Source: Alphaproteobacteria bacterium (GTDB taxonomy: Bacteria; Pseudomonadota; Alphaproteobacteria; MPNO01). From it: a stretch of 64,000 nucleotides of DNA. The notes below the pieces were generated by a model. The model did not search any database. It saw nothing but the letters and a program-made list of their open reading frames with translations, and was not told the origin of the DNA. Positions 42,797 through 51,667 of this stretch are shown here, piece by piece. Positions within the stretch are counted from its first letter, which is position 1. Every line of letters begins with the position of its first letter. The DNA is taken from the NCBI GenBank assembly GCA_965117055.1, contig OZ220750.1, forward strand, positions 3,501,440 through 3,565,439. Reading direction: 5' to 3'. The translations under genes and the position numbers were made by a program.

Positions 42797-45700
42797 TCAG
42801 GCGGCGAGCGGCCAGCGGTCGAGGATCCGCTCCATGGCGCCGGCATTGGGCGCGAATATCCGGGCGCGGAACTGGACGATCTCCACCGTGCATCCCAGGC
42901 GCTTCAGCGCGTCCATGTCGGTGTCGGCCGGCCCCTCGATCTCGATGCGGTCGGCGCCCATCAGGCGGCGGCGCGCGAGCCGCCAGCCGTTGGCGAGCGC
43001 GAGCGCGTTGCCGCGTCCCATCACCGCCTCGAAGGCCTCCGCGCCGGTCATGGCGGGGCCGCCGCCGAGGCCGAAACTCTGGCGCACCGCCCGCACCTGC
43101 TCGGCGTCGAGCACGCGGCCGATGAGGGCGATGCCGTCGTCCGAGGTGAGCCGCCGGACCCGCATGTTCTCCTCCGGCAGGCGGTCCCAGACCGGCAGCA
43201 GCAGGCCGGTGGCGAGCCAGAAGCGCGAGTCCCGGTGCGACGGCAGGCCGGCGATCTCGGCGTCCCAGACGCGTCGCCATGCGGCCTCGTCGGCCCTGCG
43301 CCAGTTGGAGGCGTCGAGCTCGGCCCGCGCGATTGTCTCGGCCGTCGCTGGCCGGATCAGCCGGACCCGTTCGCGGACCCCGCCGTCGTCGAGCATGCGC
43401 GAGGTGGCCGGCAGGATGACGGCGGCGCGCTTGGAGCGGGCGTTCACGGCCAAGCGCGGCCTGCCGTCGGGGCCGGGGTCGCGTTCCCCGATCTCCAGCG
43501 CCGATTCCGCCGTGAGCGGCACCAGCCTGTCGCGGCGGACGATCTCGACCAGCTCGGTGGCCGCGCCGGTGCCGGGATGCTCGTAGAGCGTCTCCCGTCC
43601 GGCGACGATGAGAGAGTCCGCTGTGACCGTCTCGACCCCGACCTCGTAGCTGCCAGCCTCGATCGCCTGCTCGATGTTGGATGCGATACGTGCCTCCAGC
43701 TCGGCGAAGAGCTGGTTCTGCTCGGCGATGGGCAAGGCCAGCAGCCGGTTGAGGAACCGGGGCATGGGCGGCAGGTCCTCCTTGAGATTGCCCTCCCAGG
43801 TGAGCTTGAGGCCGGTGGCCTTCTCGAACCGCTCCAGGGTCCAGCCCTCGATGCTTCCCCGCCACAGCGCGCCGTAGAACTGGCGCAAGGCGGCTCTGGC
43901 GTAGACGCTCTCGAGGTTGTCGCTCTCGCGAAACAGCGCCGCGTCGCTGCCGCCCATGGCGGTCTGGCTGTCGCGCTGGCCCCGCGTGATTGCGCCGAGG
44001 CTATCCAGACGGCGCGCGATGGTGGCGATGAAGCGCCGCTCGCCCTTCACGTCGGTGGTCACGGGCCGGAACAGCGGCGCCGAGGCTTGGTGGGTCCGGT
44101 GGGTGCGGCCCAGCCCCTGGATCGCCTGGTCGGCGCGCCAGCCGGGCTCCAGCAGATAGTGGATGCGGCGTTCCGTGTTCCCGCAGGACAGGTCCGCGTG
44201 GTAGCTGCGCCCCGTGCCGCCGGCCATCGAGAACACCAGGATGCGCTTCTCGCCGTCCATGAACGAGGCGGTCTCGGCGAGGTTGGCGGAGGCCGGCCGC
44301 GAGCGCAGCGCCAGGCGTTCGCCCTTGGCGTCCGTGATCCTCAGCACCCGGCGCGACCGGCCCGTGACCTCCGCCACCGCCTCGTGCCCGAAATGCTGCA
44401 CGATCTGGTCGAGCGCGGTCGGCACCGGGGGCAATGCCGCGAGCTTCTCGATCAGTGCATCGCGCCGGTCCTCGGCCTCCTTGCAGATCACCGGGTTGCC
44501 GTCGCCATCCCTGGCGGGCCGGCTCAGCAGATTGCCGGCGTCGTCGGTGAAGGGTTCCTGCAACTGCACCGGGAAGGCGTGCATCAGGTAGGACAGGATC
44601 GCGTCCCGCGGCGTCAGGTCGATGTTGAGGTCGTCCCACTCGGATGCGGGAACGTCGGCGATCCGCCGTTCCATCAAGGCCTCGCCGGTGGAGACCAGCT
44701 GCACGACCGCCGACCGGCCGGCGGCGAGGTCGGCGTCGATCGCGCGGATGGTCGAGGGGCACTTCATGCCGGTCAGTAGATGGCCGAAGAACCTCTGTTT
44801 CGTCCCCTCGAACGCCGACAAGGCGGCCGCCTTGGCGTTCCTGTTCAGCGTGTCCTCGCCCTGGACGATGCCGGTCGCCTTCAGCGCCTCCTCGATGTTG
44901 GCGTGGATGACCTTGAAGGCGCCGGCATAGGCGTCGTAGATGCGCCGCTGCTCCGGGCTGAGCGGGTGCTCCAGGATGTCGACCTCGATCCCGTCATAAG
45001 CCAGCGCCCTCGCCTGGTAGAGCCCGAGGGCCTTCAGATCGCGGGCGACCACCTCCATCGCGGCGACGCCGCCGGCCTCCATGGCGACGACGAACTCGGT
45101 GCGCTTCTCGAACGGCGTCTCGCCGGCGGCCCACAAGCCGAGCCTGCCGGCATAGGCGAGGCCGGGAACGGTGGTGGCGCCGGTGGCGGACACATAGGCG
45201 ATGCGGGCGTCCGGCAGCGCGTTCTGGAGGCGCAGCCCCGCCCGGCCCTGCTGGGACGGCTTGGTCTCGCCGCGCTCCGACTTGGACCCGGCGGCGTTGG
45301 CCATGGCGTGCGCCTCGTCGAACACGATCACGCCCTCGAAGCCGTGGCGGTCCTCCTCGTCCAGCGAGCCGGCCAGCCATTCGACGATCTGCTCCAGCCG
45401 CGAGGGCCGGCCCTGGCGGGACGGCGAGCGCAGCGTGGCGTAGGTCGCGAACAGGATGCCTGCGTCGAGGGGGATCTCCATGCCCTGCCGGAAATTGCCG
45501 AGCGGGATGACGTCGCTCTCCAGCCCGCCGAGCGCGGTCCAGTCGCGGCGCGCGTCCTCCAGCAGCTTGTCGGACTGGGAGAGCCAGAGGGCACGTTTCC
45601 TCCCGCGCAGGCGGTTGTCGAGGATGATGGCGGCGACCTGCCTGCCCTTGCCGCAGCCGGTGCCGTCGCCCAGCATCCATCCCCGGCGGAAGCGCACCGG

Positions 45701-47296
45701 CTCCGACAGGGTCTCGCCTTCCTGGGTGACGAGGGAGGTATCGACCTCCTCCTCGTTTCCGTCATCGTCGAGCTTGCGGCGGTGGACGGTCTCCCACTGG
45801 GAGCCGATTCGGTATTCCGCCGCCAGGTGCCAGGAGTGCGCTTCGCCCGCGAGCACGACGCTCTCGAGCTGGGCGTCGGACAGCAGGCCGTCCGTGACGA
45901 TGCGCTCGGGCAGCATCGGCCTGTAGGCCGGCACGGGATGCGGCACGGCGGCCATGGCGGCGGACTGGACCAGCGGCGTCGGATGCTGGACGGCGCCCGG
46001 CACCCGCACCGCGCCCGGCCGCCATGGAGCGTAGGGGCCGGTGTCGCTGGTTGAGGAATCCGCTTCGTCGCCGGGCTCGACCGGGCCGCTCTCGACAGTG
46101 AGCTCGGAATCCGGCCCCCAGTCGTGGGACTGCCGCGTCTCGGGCGTGGATGCTGGCTTGGGGCCCCGGCGCTTCTCCGGCTTGGGCGTAACCGGCTTGC
46201 CGAACAGGTCGCGGGTGGGGCCGGACGGGGCAGGCGCGGGCGCGATCGGCTGCCTCTGCGGCACCTGCGCGATGACGGCATCGAGTAGCTCGGCGGCATC
46301 GGCGGCGCGTGCGGTGCCGTCCAGCTCGACGGCCGGTCCGTCGCCGCGCTCCAGCACGGTGAGGCGGGTGTCGAACCCGGTGCCGCGCCGTGCATAGGCG
46401 CGGCCGTCGATGGCCATGGTGAAGATGCAGCGGGCCGGGGGATCGAGGCGGCCGACGGCGTCGCCCAGGACGCAATGGGCCGAGGTGATCGTCACCAGCC
46501 GCCCGCCCGGCGGCAGCATCGAGGCGGCGGAGCGGACATGGCGCAGATCGGCATCGTGGCGGCTGCGGTCGACACCGGGCGTTGCCGAGAAGGGCGGGTT
46601 CATCAGCACGACAGTCGGCCGGACGTCGCGCAGCCGGTCGGCGATGGATTCGGCGTTGAAGGCGGTGACGACTGATCCGGGGAAGAGCTGCGTCAGCAAT
46701 CGGGCCCGGGTCTGGGCGTATTCGTTGAGATACAGCTCGCCGGTGGCGTCCGTGCCCAGCGCGCATTCCGCCATCACCGCCAGCATGCCGGTCCCGGCGG
46801 AGGGCTCCAGCACCACGTCGCCCGGCCGGATCGCGGCGGCCTGCAACGCGGCATAGGCGAGCGGCAGCGGGGTCGAGAACTGCTGGAGCCGGACCTGCTC
46901 CTCCGAGCGCCTGGTGTGGGAGGGCTCCAGCGCCGCGACCGCCTCCAGCATCGCCAGCATGCGGCGCGGCCCGTCCGTCCCGGCGCCGCAGGTACGGCGC
47001 ATGCCGCGGCCGTAGCGCTGCAGGAACAGCACGCAGGCGGCTTCGGCGGCCTCGTAGGCGTCCTTCCAGACCCAGCCGCCCCCGGTGTCGGACACACCGA
47101 ACGCCTCCGTCATGGCGTCCCGGAGGGTCGCGGCTTCGAGGGGCCGGCCGGCCTCCAGCACCGGCAGCAGGGCCCAGGCCGCAGCGAACAGGGCATCGCC
47201 CGGAGACGGGCGGGGTGGCGTTGCGGGCGGTTCGATTGCGTCGGTAGGAAGGGGCGGACGCGCGAGGGCGTCCGGCGCCGGGTTGGCGTCGAGCAT
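42797..47296 (-). CDS. N6-adenine DNA methyltransferase fused to an SNF2/strawberry-notch-like helicase (about 1500 aa)
   Basis: The N-terminal SAM-MTase has an FxGxG-like motif (LEPSAGTGMLA) and the catalytic MNPPFS motif. The central P-loop NTPase/helicase has GDGTGCGKGRQVAA and VIVFDEAHAM. The long C-terminus has MAGGTGRSYH. Confidence 0.85.
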   Translation of the reverse strand: MLDANPAPDALARPPLPTDAIEPPATPPRPSPGDALFAAAWALLPVLEAGRPLEAATLRDAMTEAFGVSDTGGGWVWKDAYEAAEAACVLFLQRYGRGMRRTCGAGTDGPRRMLAMLEAVAALEPSHTRRSEEQVRLQQFSTPLPLAYAALQAAAIRPGDVVLEPSAGTGMLAVMAECALGTDATGELYLNEYAQTRARLLTQLFPGSVVTAFNAESIADRLRDVRPTVVLMNPPFSATPGVDRSRHDADLRHVRSAASMLPPGGRLVTITSAHCVLGDAVGRLDPPARCIFTMAIDGRAYARRGTGFDTRLTVLERGDGPAVELDGTARAADAAELLDAVIAQVPQRQPIAPAPAPSGPTRDLFGKPVTPKPEKRRGPKPASTPETRQSHDWGPDSELTVESGPVEPGDEADSSTSDTGPYAPWRPGAVRVPGAVQHPTPLVQSAAMAAVPHPVPAYRPMLPERIVTDGLLSDAQLESVVLAGEAHSWHLAAEYRIGSQWETVHRRKLDDDGNEEEVDTSLVTQEGETLSEPVRFRRGWMLGDGTGCGKGRQVAAIILDNRLRGRKRALWLSQSDKLLEDARRDWTALGGLESDVIPLGNFRQGMEIPLDAGILFATYATLRSPSRQGRPSRLEQIVEWLAGSLDEEDRHGFEGVIVFDEAHAMANAAGSKSERGETKPSQQGRAGLRLQNALPDARIAYVSATGATTVPGLAYAGRLGLWAAGETPFEKRTEFVVAMEAGGVAAMEVVARDLKALGLYQARALAYDGIEVDILEHPLSPEQRRIYDAYAGAFKVIHANIEEALKATGIVQGEDTLNRNAKAAALSAFEGTKQRFFGHLLTGMKCPSTIRAIDADLAAGRSAVVQLVSTGEALMERRIADVPASEWDDLNIDLTPRDAILSYLMHAFPVQLQEPFTDDAGNLLSRPARDGDGNPVICKEAEDRRDALIEKLAALPPVPTALDQIVQHFGHEAVAEVTGRSRRVLRITDAKGERLALRSRPASANLAETASFMDGEKRILVFSMAGGTGRSYHADLSCGNTERRIHYLLEPGWRADQAIQGLGRTHRTHQASAPLFRPVTTDVKGERRFIATIARRLDSLGAITRGQRDSQTAMGGSDAALFRESDNLESVYARAALRQFYGALWRGSIEGWTLERFEKATGLKLTWEGNLKEDLPPMPRFLNRLLALPIAEQNQLFAELEARIASNIEQAIEAGSYEVGVETVTADSLIVAGRETLYEHPGTGAATELVEIVRRDRLVPLTAESALEIGERDPGPDGRPRLAVNARSKRAAVILPATSRMLDDGGVRERVRLIRPATAETIARAELDASNWRRADEAAWRRVWDAEIAGLPSHRDSRFWLATGLLLPVWDRLPEENMRVRRLTSDDGIALIGRVLDAEQVRAVRQSFGLGGGPAMTGAEAFEAVMGRGNALALANGWRLARRRLMGADRIEIEGPADTDMDALKRLGCTVEIVQFRARIFAPNAGAMERILDRWPLAA

Positions 47297-47518
47297 GGAC
47301 CGGTCTCCGTGCTGAAGGGCGGAAGCGGGCCGGCGGCGCGGCACGGAACCTCCCGCGCCTGCCCGCCGACCGCCCCCGGCCGGCTGACCGGACTCCCGCC
47401 GGCGCAACGCGCGCCCGGGAAACCATGCGCGGCCGCGGCCGGTGGATGCGTTCAGGAAGGTGTGGGGATGCCCAGAGGGGCGGCGTCTCTCAGGGCCGGC
47501 GCGGGATGTGCGGCGATG

Positions 47519-48163
47519 TCAGACGAAGTATTCGCCTGCCGCCGTGAACGCCCACGCATTGGCGGCGAGGGTCTCGTCGATCGCGTCGTCGGAGGTCAGA
47601 TGCTCGTACTCGGTGCGGAGCTGGCGGTAGAGCCAGCGTGCGAGATCGCGCATGGCCTCTGTCACCGTGTCCTCGGCATCGTCCGTGGGCGGCTGCCAGG
47701 TCGGGCTGTCGCGCTCGACCTCGACCGCCATCGTGTATTCGTGGTGGTAGCGCCCGCTCTGGCGGATGGACGCGTGGATCTGCCAGAAATTCCGCCGCTG
47801 AACGGCCTGCAACGAGTCGGCTATGCCGTGGAGCTCTTCGTCCTTCGGAGCATGGGCGCGGATCGCCCTGGCCGCTCCTCTGGCGTGGGAATACGAGCCT
47901 TCGAACGACGCGCCGTCGCCTTGCGACCAGAAGCCGGTCCACCAGAGATGCGGCTTGTCCCGCGTTCCGCCGCCATAGAGGCGCACGGGGCTGGTGCGGA
48001 GCGTCACGCCGAGAATGCCGCAGATCGTCTGGAAATCCTCGTAGACGAAGTCGTACCACTCGTAGTCCAGGCAGGACTCGCGATACCAGGCGCGGGCCGC
48101 TTCCTTCGCCGCGTCCGAAAGCTCGTCGATCGTGTAGACCGTGATCTCGACGATCCTGGGCAT
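47519..48163 (-). CDS. Hypothetical conserved protein
   Basis: It is 214 aa, acidic and W/Y-rich (WWTGFWSQGDGASFEG), and starts 4 nt after the upstream gene's stop. Confidence 0.45.
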   Translation of the reverse strand: MPRIVEITVYTIDELSDAAKEAARAWYRESCLDYEWYDFVYEDFQTICGILGVTLRTSPVRLYGGGTRDKPHLWWTGFWSQGDGASFEGSYSHARGAARAIRAHAPKDEELHGIADSLQAVQRRNFWQIHASIRQSGRYHHEYTMAVEVERDSPTWQPPTDDAEDTVTEAMRDLARWLYRQLRTEYEHLTSDDAIDETLAANAWAFTAAGEYFV

Positions 48164-48166
48164 GGC

Positions 48167-48688
48167 TCAACACTCCTTGGAAGACGGGCCGCGCCGGGCA
48201 AGCGGCGCGAAGCGGATGGCCTCGCGGACGCGCCTGAGCGCGACGCGGTCATGCTCGGGAATGGCGCGGAACCAGAAGGCAGGCTTGCGCGAGAAGAAGG
48301 CGCCGGAGTCCGCCACGAAACCGTCGCCGTAGGCCACGAAGTGATCGCTCGTCGCGATGGCCCAGGTTCCGGCGGGCGCGGGGTCGAGGAAGGTCCCGAG
48401 GGTGACGGCGCGCCGTTCGCAGGGAACGTCCGAGAGGCGGCGTTCCCAGGCCTCTTCGTCGTGGGCGTAGGGGCGTTCGCGGAGCCTGGGGTGGCGGAGT
48501 GCGCGGTCCGGCGCCCAGCCGAACTCGGCAAGCGCGGCGGCGAGCTCGTCCATGTAGACGCCGTTGACGGCGCGGCGGCCGGTAAGGCGGCGGATGACGG
48601 CGGCGGCTTCATGGGTCGGCACGCCGGCGATGGCGGAAATCGCGGCGGGGCCGCACTTCGTGGCGCGGCCGGTGATCCGGTGGAGCAT
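48167..48688 (-). CDS. Hypothetical protein, possibly a papain-like (C39-like) cysteine peptidase
   Basis: It starts MLHRITGRATKCGPAAISAIAGVP..., which resembles the Cys-box of C39-like peptidases, and has a downstream His (SDHFVAYGDG). The assignment is tentative. Confidence 0.35.
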   Translation of the reverse strand: MLHRITGRATKCGPAAISAIAGVPTHEAAAVIRRLTGRRAVNGVYMDELAAALAEFGWAPDRALRHPRLRERPYAHDEEAWERRLSDVPCERRAVTLGTFLDPAPAGTWAIATSDHFVAYGDGFVADSGAFFSRKPAFWFRAIPEHDRVALRRVREAIRFAPLARRGPSSKEC

Positions 48689-48912
48689 GGGCGGTCTCCG
48701 GGCATGGGGGGACGATCCCGGATTGCGGTCCGGGGCGGGCGGCGGGATATGCGGCGTGCAGCGGGTCCTCCCGCGCCGGCCCTCCGGCCCGCCCGACACC
48801 GGCTGGCCGGACTCCGGCCGGCGACAGGTGCGGCGGAGCGACAGGGAACGGCGGGGCCGTTCCGGAACGGGGTTGTCAGGGGTGGGGGTTCAGGCCGCCG
48901 GGCGGCGGGAAC

Positions 48913-49605
48913 TCAGAGGAGCGAGACCGGCTCCACGCAGCGCGCGTCGTCGTTGGCGGGCCGGTTGACGTGCGTGCTCACCGGATGGGCCGTCATGTCC
49001 TCTGCCGGGTACGGACCGAGGGGCACGGCATCGCCCGTGAGCCAGGCATCCCAGGCGTTCGGCGCCAGGATGACCGGCATGCGGCCGTGGACCGGCGCCA
49101 CCGTTTCGTTGGCGGCGGTGGTGAGGATGGTGCAGGTTTCGACCGCATCGCCGGGGCTGCGCTCGGCGAGCGATCCGGTGAGGGCAGCGCCTTCGGGAAC
49201 GGTCCAGCGATCCCACAAGCCCGCGAAGATCATGGGCGCGCCGTCCCGGAGGCCGAACAGCCAGGGTTGTCTGGTCCCGCCCCGGCGCTGCCATTCGTAG
49301 AAGCCGTCGGCCGGGATCAGGCAGCGGCGATGGCGGAAGGCCGAGCGGAAGGACGGCTTCTCGGCGGCGGTCTCGGACCGGGCGTTGATGAGCTTGTGGC
49401 CGATCGCATGGTCCTTCGCCCAGGACGGGATCAACCCCCACCGCAGCATGGCGAGCGTGCGGCCCTGCTCCGCGGCGCGAACGGCGGCCACGTCCTGGGT
49501 GGGCGCGACGTTGTAGCGGGGCCGCAGGTTGAGCGGCGTGCCGATGAGGTCGAGGCGCTCGTGCAGCTCTTTCCAGGTGAATCGGTTGCTGAAGCGACCG
49601 CACAT
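48913..49605 (-). CDS. SOS-response-associated peptidase (SRAP/YedK/HMCES-like abasic-site processing protein)
   Basis: It has an N-terminal MCGRF (catalytic Cys2) and YNVAPTQ, WGLIPSWAKD, PADGFYEW motifs. It is 230 aa. Confidence 0.85.
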   Translation of the reverse strand: MCGRFSNRFTWKELHERLDLIGTPLNLRPRYNVAPTQDVAAVRAAEQGRTLAMLRWGLIPSWAKDHAIGHKLINARSETAAEKPSFRSAFRHRRCLIPADGFYEWQRRGGTRQPWLFGLRDGAPMIFAGLWDRWTVPEGAALTGSLAERSPGDAVETCTILTTAANETVAPVHGRMPVILAPNAWDAWLTGDAVPLGPYPAEDMTAHPVSTHVNRPANDDARCVEPVSLL

Positions 49606-49680
49606 CCGAATAGCATTACCCGCATTGGCGGCGGTTTGTCACGCTTGTTCCTTAAATGTTCCCATGCCACCCTGCACGCC

Positions 49681-49947
49681 ATGGAGAGAAAACACACCTG
49701 TCCGGTGTCGCGGGAGGACCTGGTGTTCTCGGTCGACATGGCGCTGCGCAAGGCGGAGCGCTTCTGGCCGAAGAAGCGCGGACCGGGCGACCACGACCGT
49801 CTCAGGCCGTTTGCCGAGATGATCGTGGACCATCTCGAACTGTGCGGCATGAAGTGTTTCCGACGGCCCCTTGGCCGCGGCCACAGCATACCGGACCCCT
49901 GGGGCGGGCAGCGCCGGGGCGGGGAGTCGGACGGCGCGGACAGGTGA
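49681..49947 (+). CDS. Small hypothetical protein
   Basis: It is 88 aa (MERKHTCPVSREDLVFSVDMALRKAERFW...). It is the only + strand ORF in a minus-strand block, with low support. Confidence 0.25.
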   Translation: MERKHTCPVSREDLVFSVDMALRKAERFWPKKRGPGDHDRLRPFAEMIVDHLELCGMKCFRRPLGRGHSIPDPWGGQRRGGESDGADR

Positions 49948-49978
49948 AGCCGGGCTGCGGTGGCGGGAGCGAGCACGC

Positions 49979-50395
49979 TCAGTCGTCCTCCGGCCACATT
50001 ATGGTAATGACCGGCTCGCCCTGGTCGCCGCCGCTGATCGCCACGATGGGAAAGTGCTTGCGGGGTGGGCGGTGGCTGTCGCGAAGGTCCTTGCGGATGT
50101 CGCGCACCAGCACGCACATCCTCACGCGGTCGCTGTTCGAGGCGCGGACCGCGTAGTAATGCGCCATCCAGAGCACGTCCCAGAGGCGCCCGCTCTCCTC
50201 CTGGAAGCCCTGGTATCCCTCGGGCAATGCGACCAGCTGGTCCCAGACCGCGCGCGTGACGGCGACGGGGATCTTGAAGCCGGCCTCCCGCGCGGTCTTG
50301 GAGACGTCGACGAGGATGCCGTCCTCGATCGCCTTGGCGCGGGTGTAGACGGAGAGCAGGGGACCGAATGCGGCGGCGTCGGCGGGTTCGGGCAT
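49979..50395 (-). CDS. Hypothetical conserved protein
   Basis: It is 138 aa (MPEPADAAAFGPLLSVYTRAKAIEDGILVDVSKTAREAGFKIPVAVTRAVWDQLVALPEGYQGF...) and lies upstream of the SRAP gene. Confidence 0.45.
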   Translation of the reverse strand: MPEPADAAAFGPLLSVYTRAKAIEDGILVDVSKTAREAGFKIPVAVTRAVWDQLVALPEGYQGFQEESGRLWDVLWMAHYYAVRASNSDRVRMCVLVRDIRKDLRDSHRPPRKHFPIVAISGGDQGEPVITIMWPEDD

Positions 50396-50442
50396 GGTCG
50401 GGTTCCTCGCGGGCAAGAGTGGTAGACGGTCGCTGGGGCCTG

Positions 50443-51183
50443 TCAGAGCAGGCCGCGAGTCTGAAAGCTGACCGCGCCGGTCGGGGTGACGATGAGGTGG
50501 TCGAGCAGCGTGACCTCGATCGTCTTCAGCGCGTCCTTCATGCGCTTCGTCATGTCGATGTCGGCGCGGGACGGTTCGGGATCTCCGGAGGGGTGCGGAT
50601 GCACGGCGATGACCGCGCTGGCCTGAAGCTCCAGGCAGCGGATGCAGACCTCCCGGGGATAGACCGGGGTGTGGCAGACGGAGCCTTTCTGGAGGCACTC
50701 GTCGGCAATCAATCGGTTCTTCCGATTGAGATACAGAATCCTGAATTCCTCGACCTCGCGGTGCCCGGCGAGCGCGCGGCAGTACGCGATCACCTTGTCG
50801 TAGCTGCCGAGGGACGGACGCACGGTATCGGGCACGTCGGCCCGCGCCATGCGGATGCCGAGCGCCTCGGCGGCCTTGAGGGCGGCGATGGCGTCTTCCG
50901 ACAGGCCGGGCACGCCGCGCAGCCGGTCTGGCCGGGCCGCCAGGACGCGCGGTGCTGTGCCGAACACCTCGAGCAGGCTCGCGGCAAGCGCCTCGGCATC
51001 GTCCACCGCCCGGCGCCCCGAGAGCAGCAGCTCCAGCAGCTCGCGCTCGTCGACGGCCTCGCGCCCGGCGCGCAGGAAGCGGTGCTGAAGCCGGCGGCGG
51101 CCCGCGGCCTGCCGGACCGAGGCGGGCGCGGCGGGGATGTCGTAGAGCGGCATCTCTTCGAAACCCGGTACGGGATCGGGCAT
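50443..51183 (-). CDS. radC: RadC-like JAB-domain protein (UPF0758)
   Basis: It has the RadC signature VHPHPSGDPEPSRADIDMT and a helix-hairpin-helix-like N-terminus. It is 246 aa. Confidence 0.85.
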   Translation of the reverse strand: MPDPVPGFEEMPLYDIPAAPASVRQAAGRRRLQHRFLRAGREAVDERELLELLLSGRRAVDDAEALAASLLEVFGTAPRVLAARPDRLRGVPGLSEDAIAALKAAEALGIRMARADVPDTVRPSLGSYDKVIAYCRALAGHREVEEFRILYLNRKNRLIADECLQKGSVCHTPVYPREVCIRCLELQASAVIAVHPHPSGDPEPSRADIDMTKRMKDALKTIEVTLLDHLIVTPTGAVSFQTRGLL

Positions 51184-51225
51184 GGCGACATTCTCCAGAG
51201 GGTTGAAACCGAAGCGCCTGCGGGA

Positions 51226-51441
51226 TCAGTGGGCCGGGACCCCCGGCACCGGGACGGGCGGGCCGAGCTCGACCGCGACCTCGCCGCCGGTTACGGCGAT
51301 GGTGACCGTGCGGTCGGGCGGCATGAGCCAGAGCAGGTCGGTCCAGACGGCATTGGCGATGGCGCGCTTCTGGGCCTCGTCGTCGGGCCGGGGCGGCGCT
51401 GCGGGGACGGCGGCGGTGTCGGGAACTGCGGCAGGCTTCAT
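51226..51441 (-). CDS. Small hypothetical protein
   Basis: It is about 71 aa (MKPAAVPDTAAVPAAPP...TVTIAVTGGEVAVELG) with weak support. Confidence 0.25.
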   Translation of the reverse strand: MKPAAVPDTAAVPAAPPRPDDEAQKRAIANAVWTDLLWLMPPDRTVTIAVTGGEVAVELGPPVPVPGVPAH

Positions 51442-51667
51442 GAGTCTGACCTCCTGTTGCTGGATGCCGGACAGGCAGGACGGGGACGCTCCCGCGCCCC
51501 GACTCGCCTCGTCCGGACGCATGCCGGCCTCCGCTCCGGGCGGAGCGGGGCGGGCACAGGTGTGGAAGGATCGGCGGCGGCGAGTGACCCGCGGCCGGAT
51601 CAGCCGCCGAGGCTGACGGTGTTGCAGTGATGCGCGTTGCAGCCGACCTGCACGGTCCAGGGCCGGT

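Noticed and set aside
42351-44779. + strand ORFs of 411 and 686 aa and a 497-aa minus ORF overlapping the methylase-helicase gene
   Set aside because: Only the 42797-47296 frame has MTase (NPPF) and helicase motifs. The small 42372-42641 gene was retained separately because it has an SD and a protein-like sequence.
44780-46054. A 424-aa + strand ORF and a 355-aa minus ORF inside the methylase-helicase gene
   Set aside because: They are alternate-frame artefacts of the same high-GC gene.
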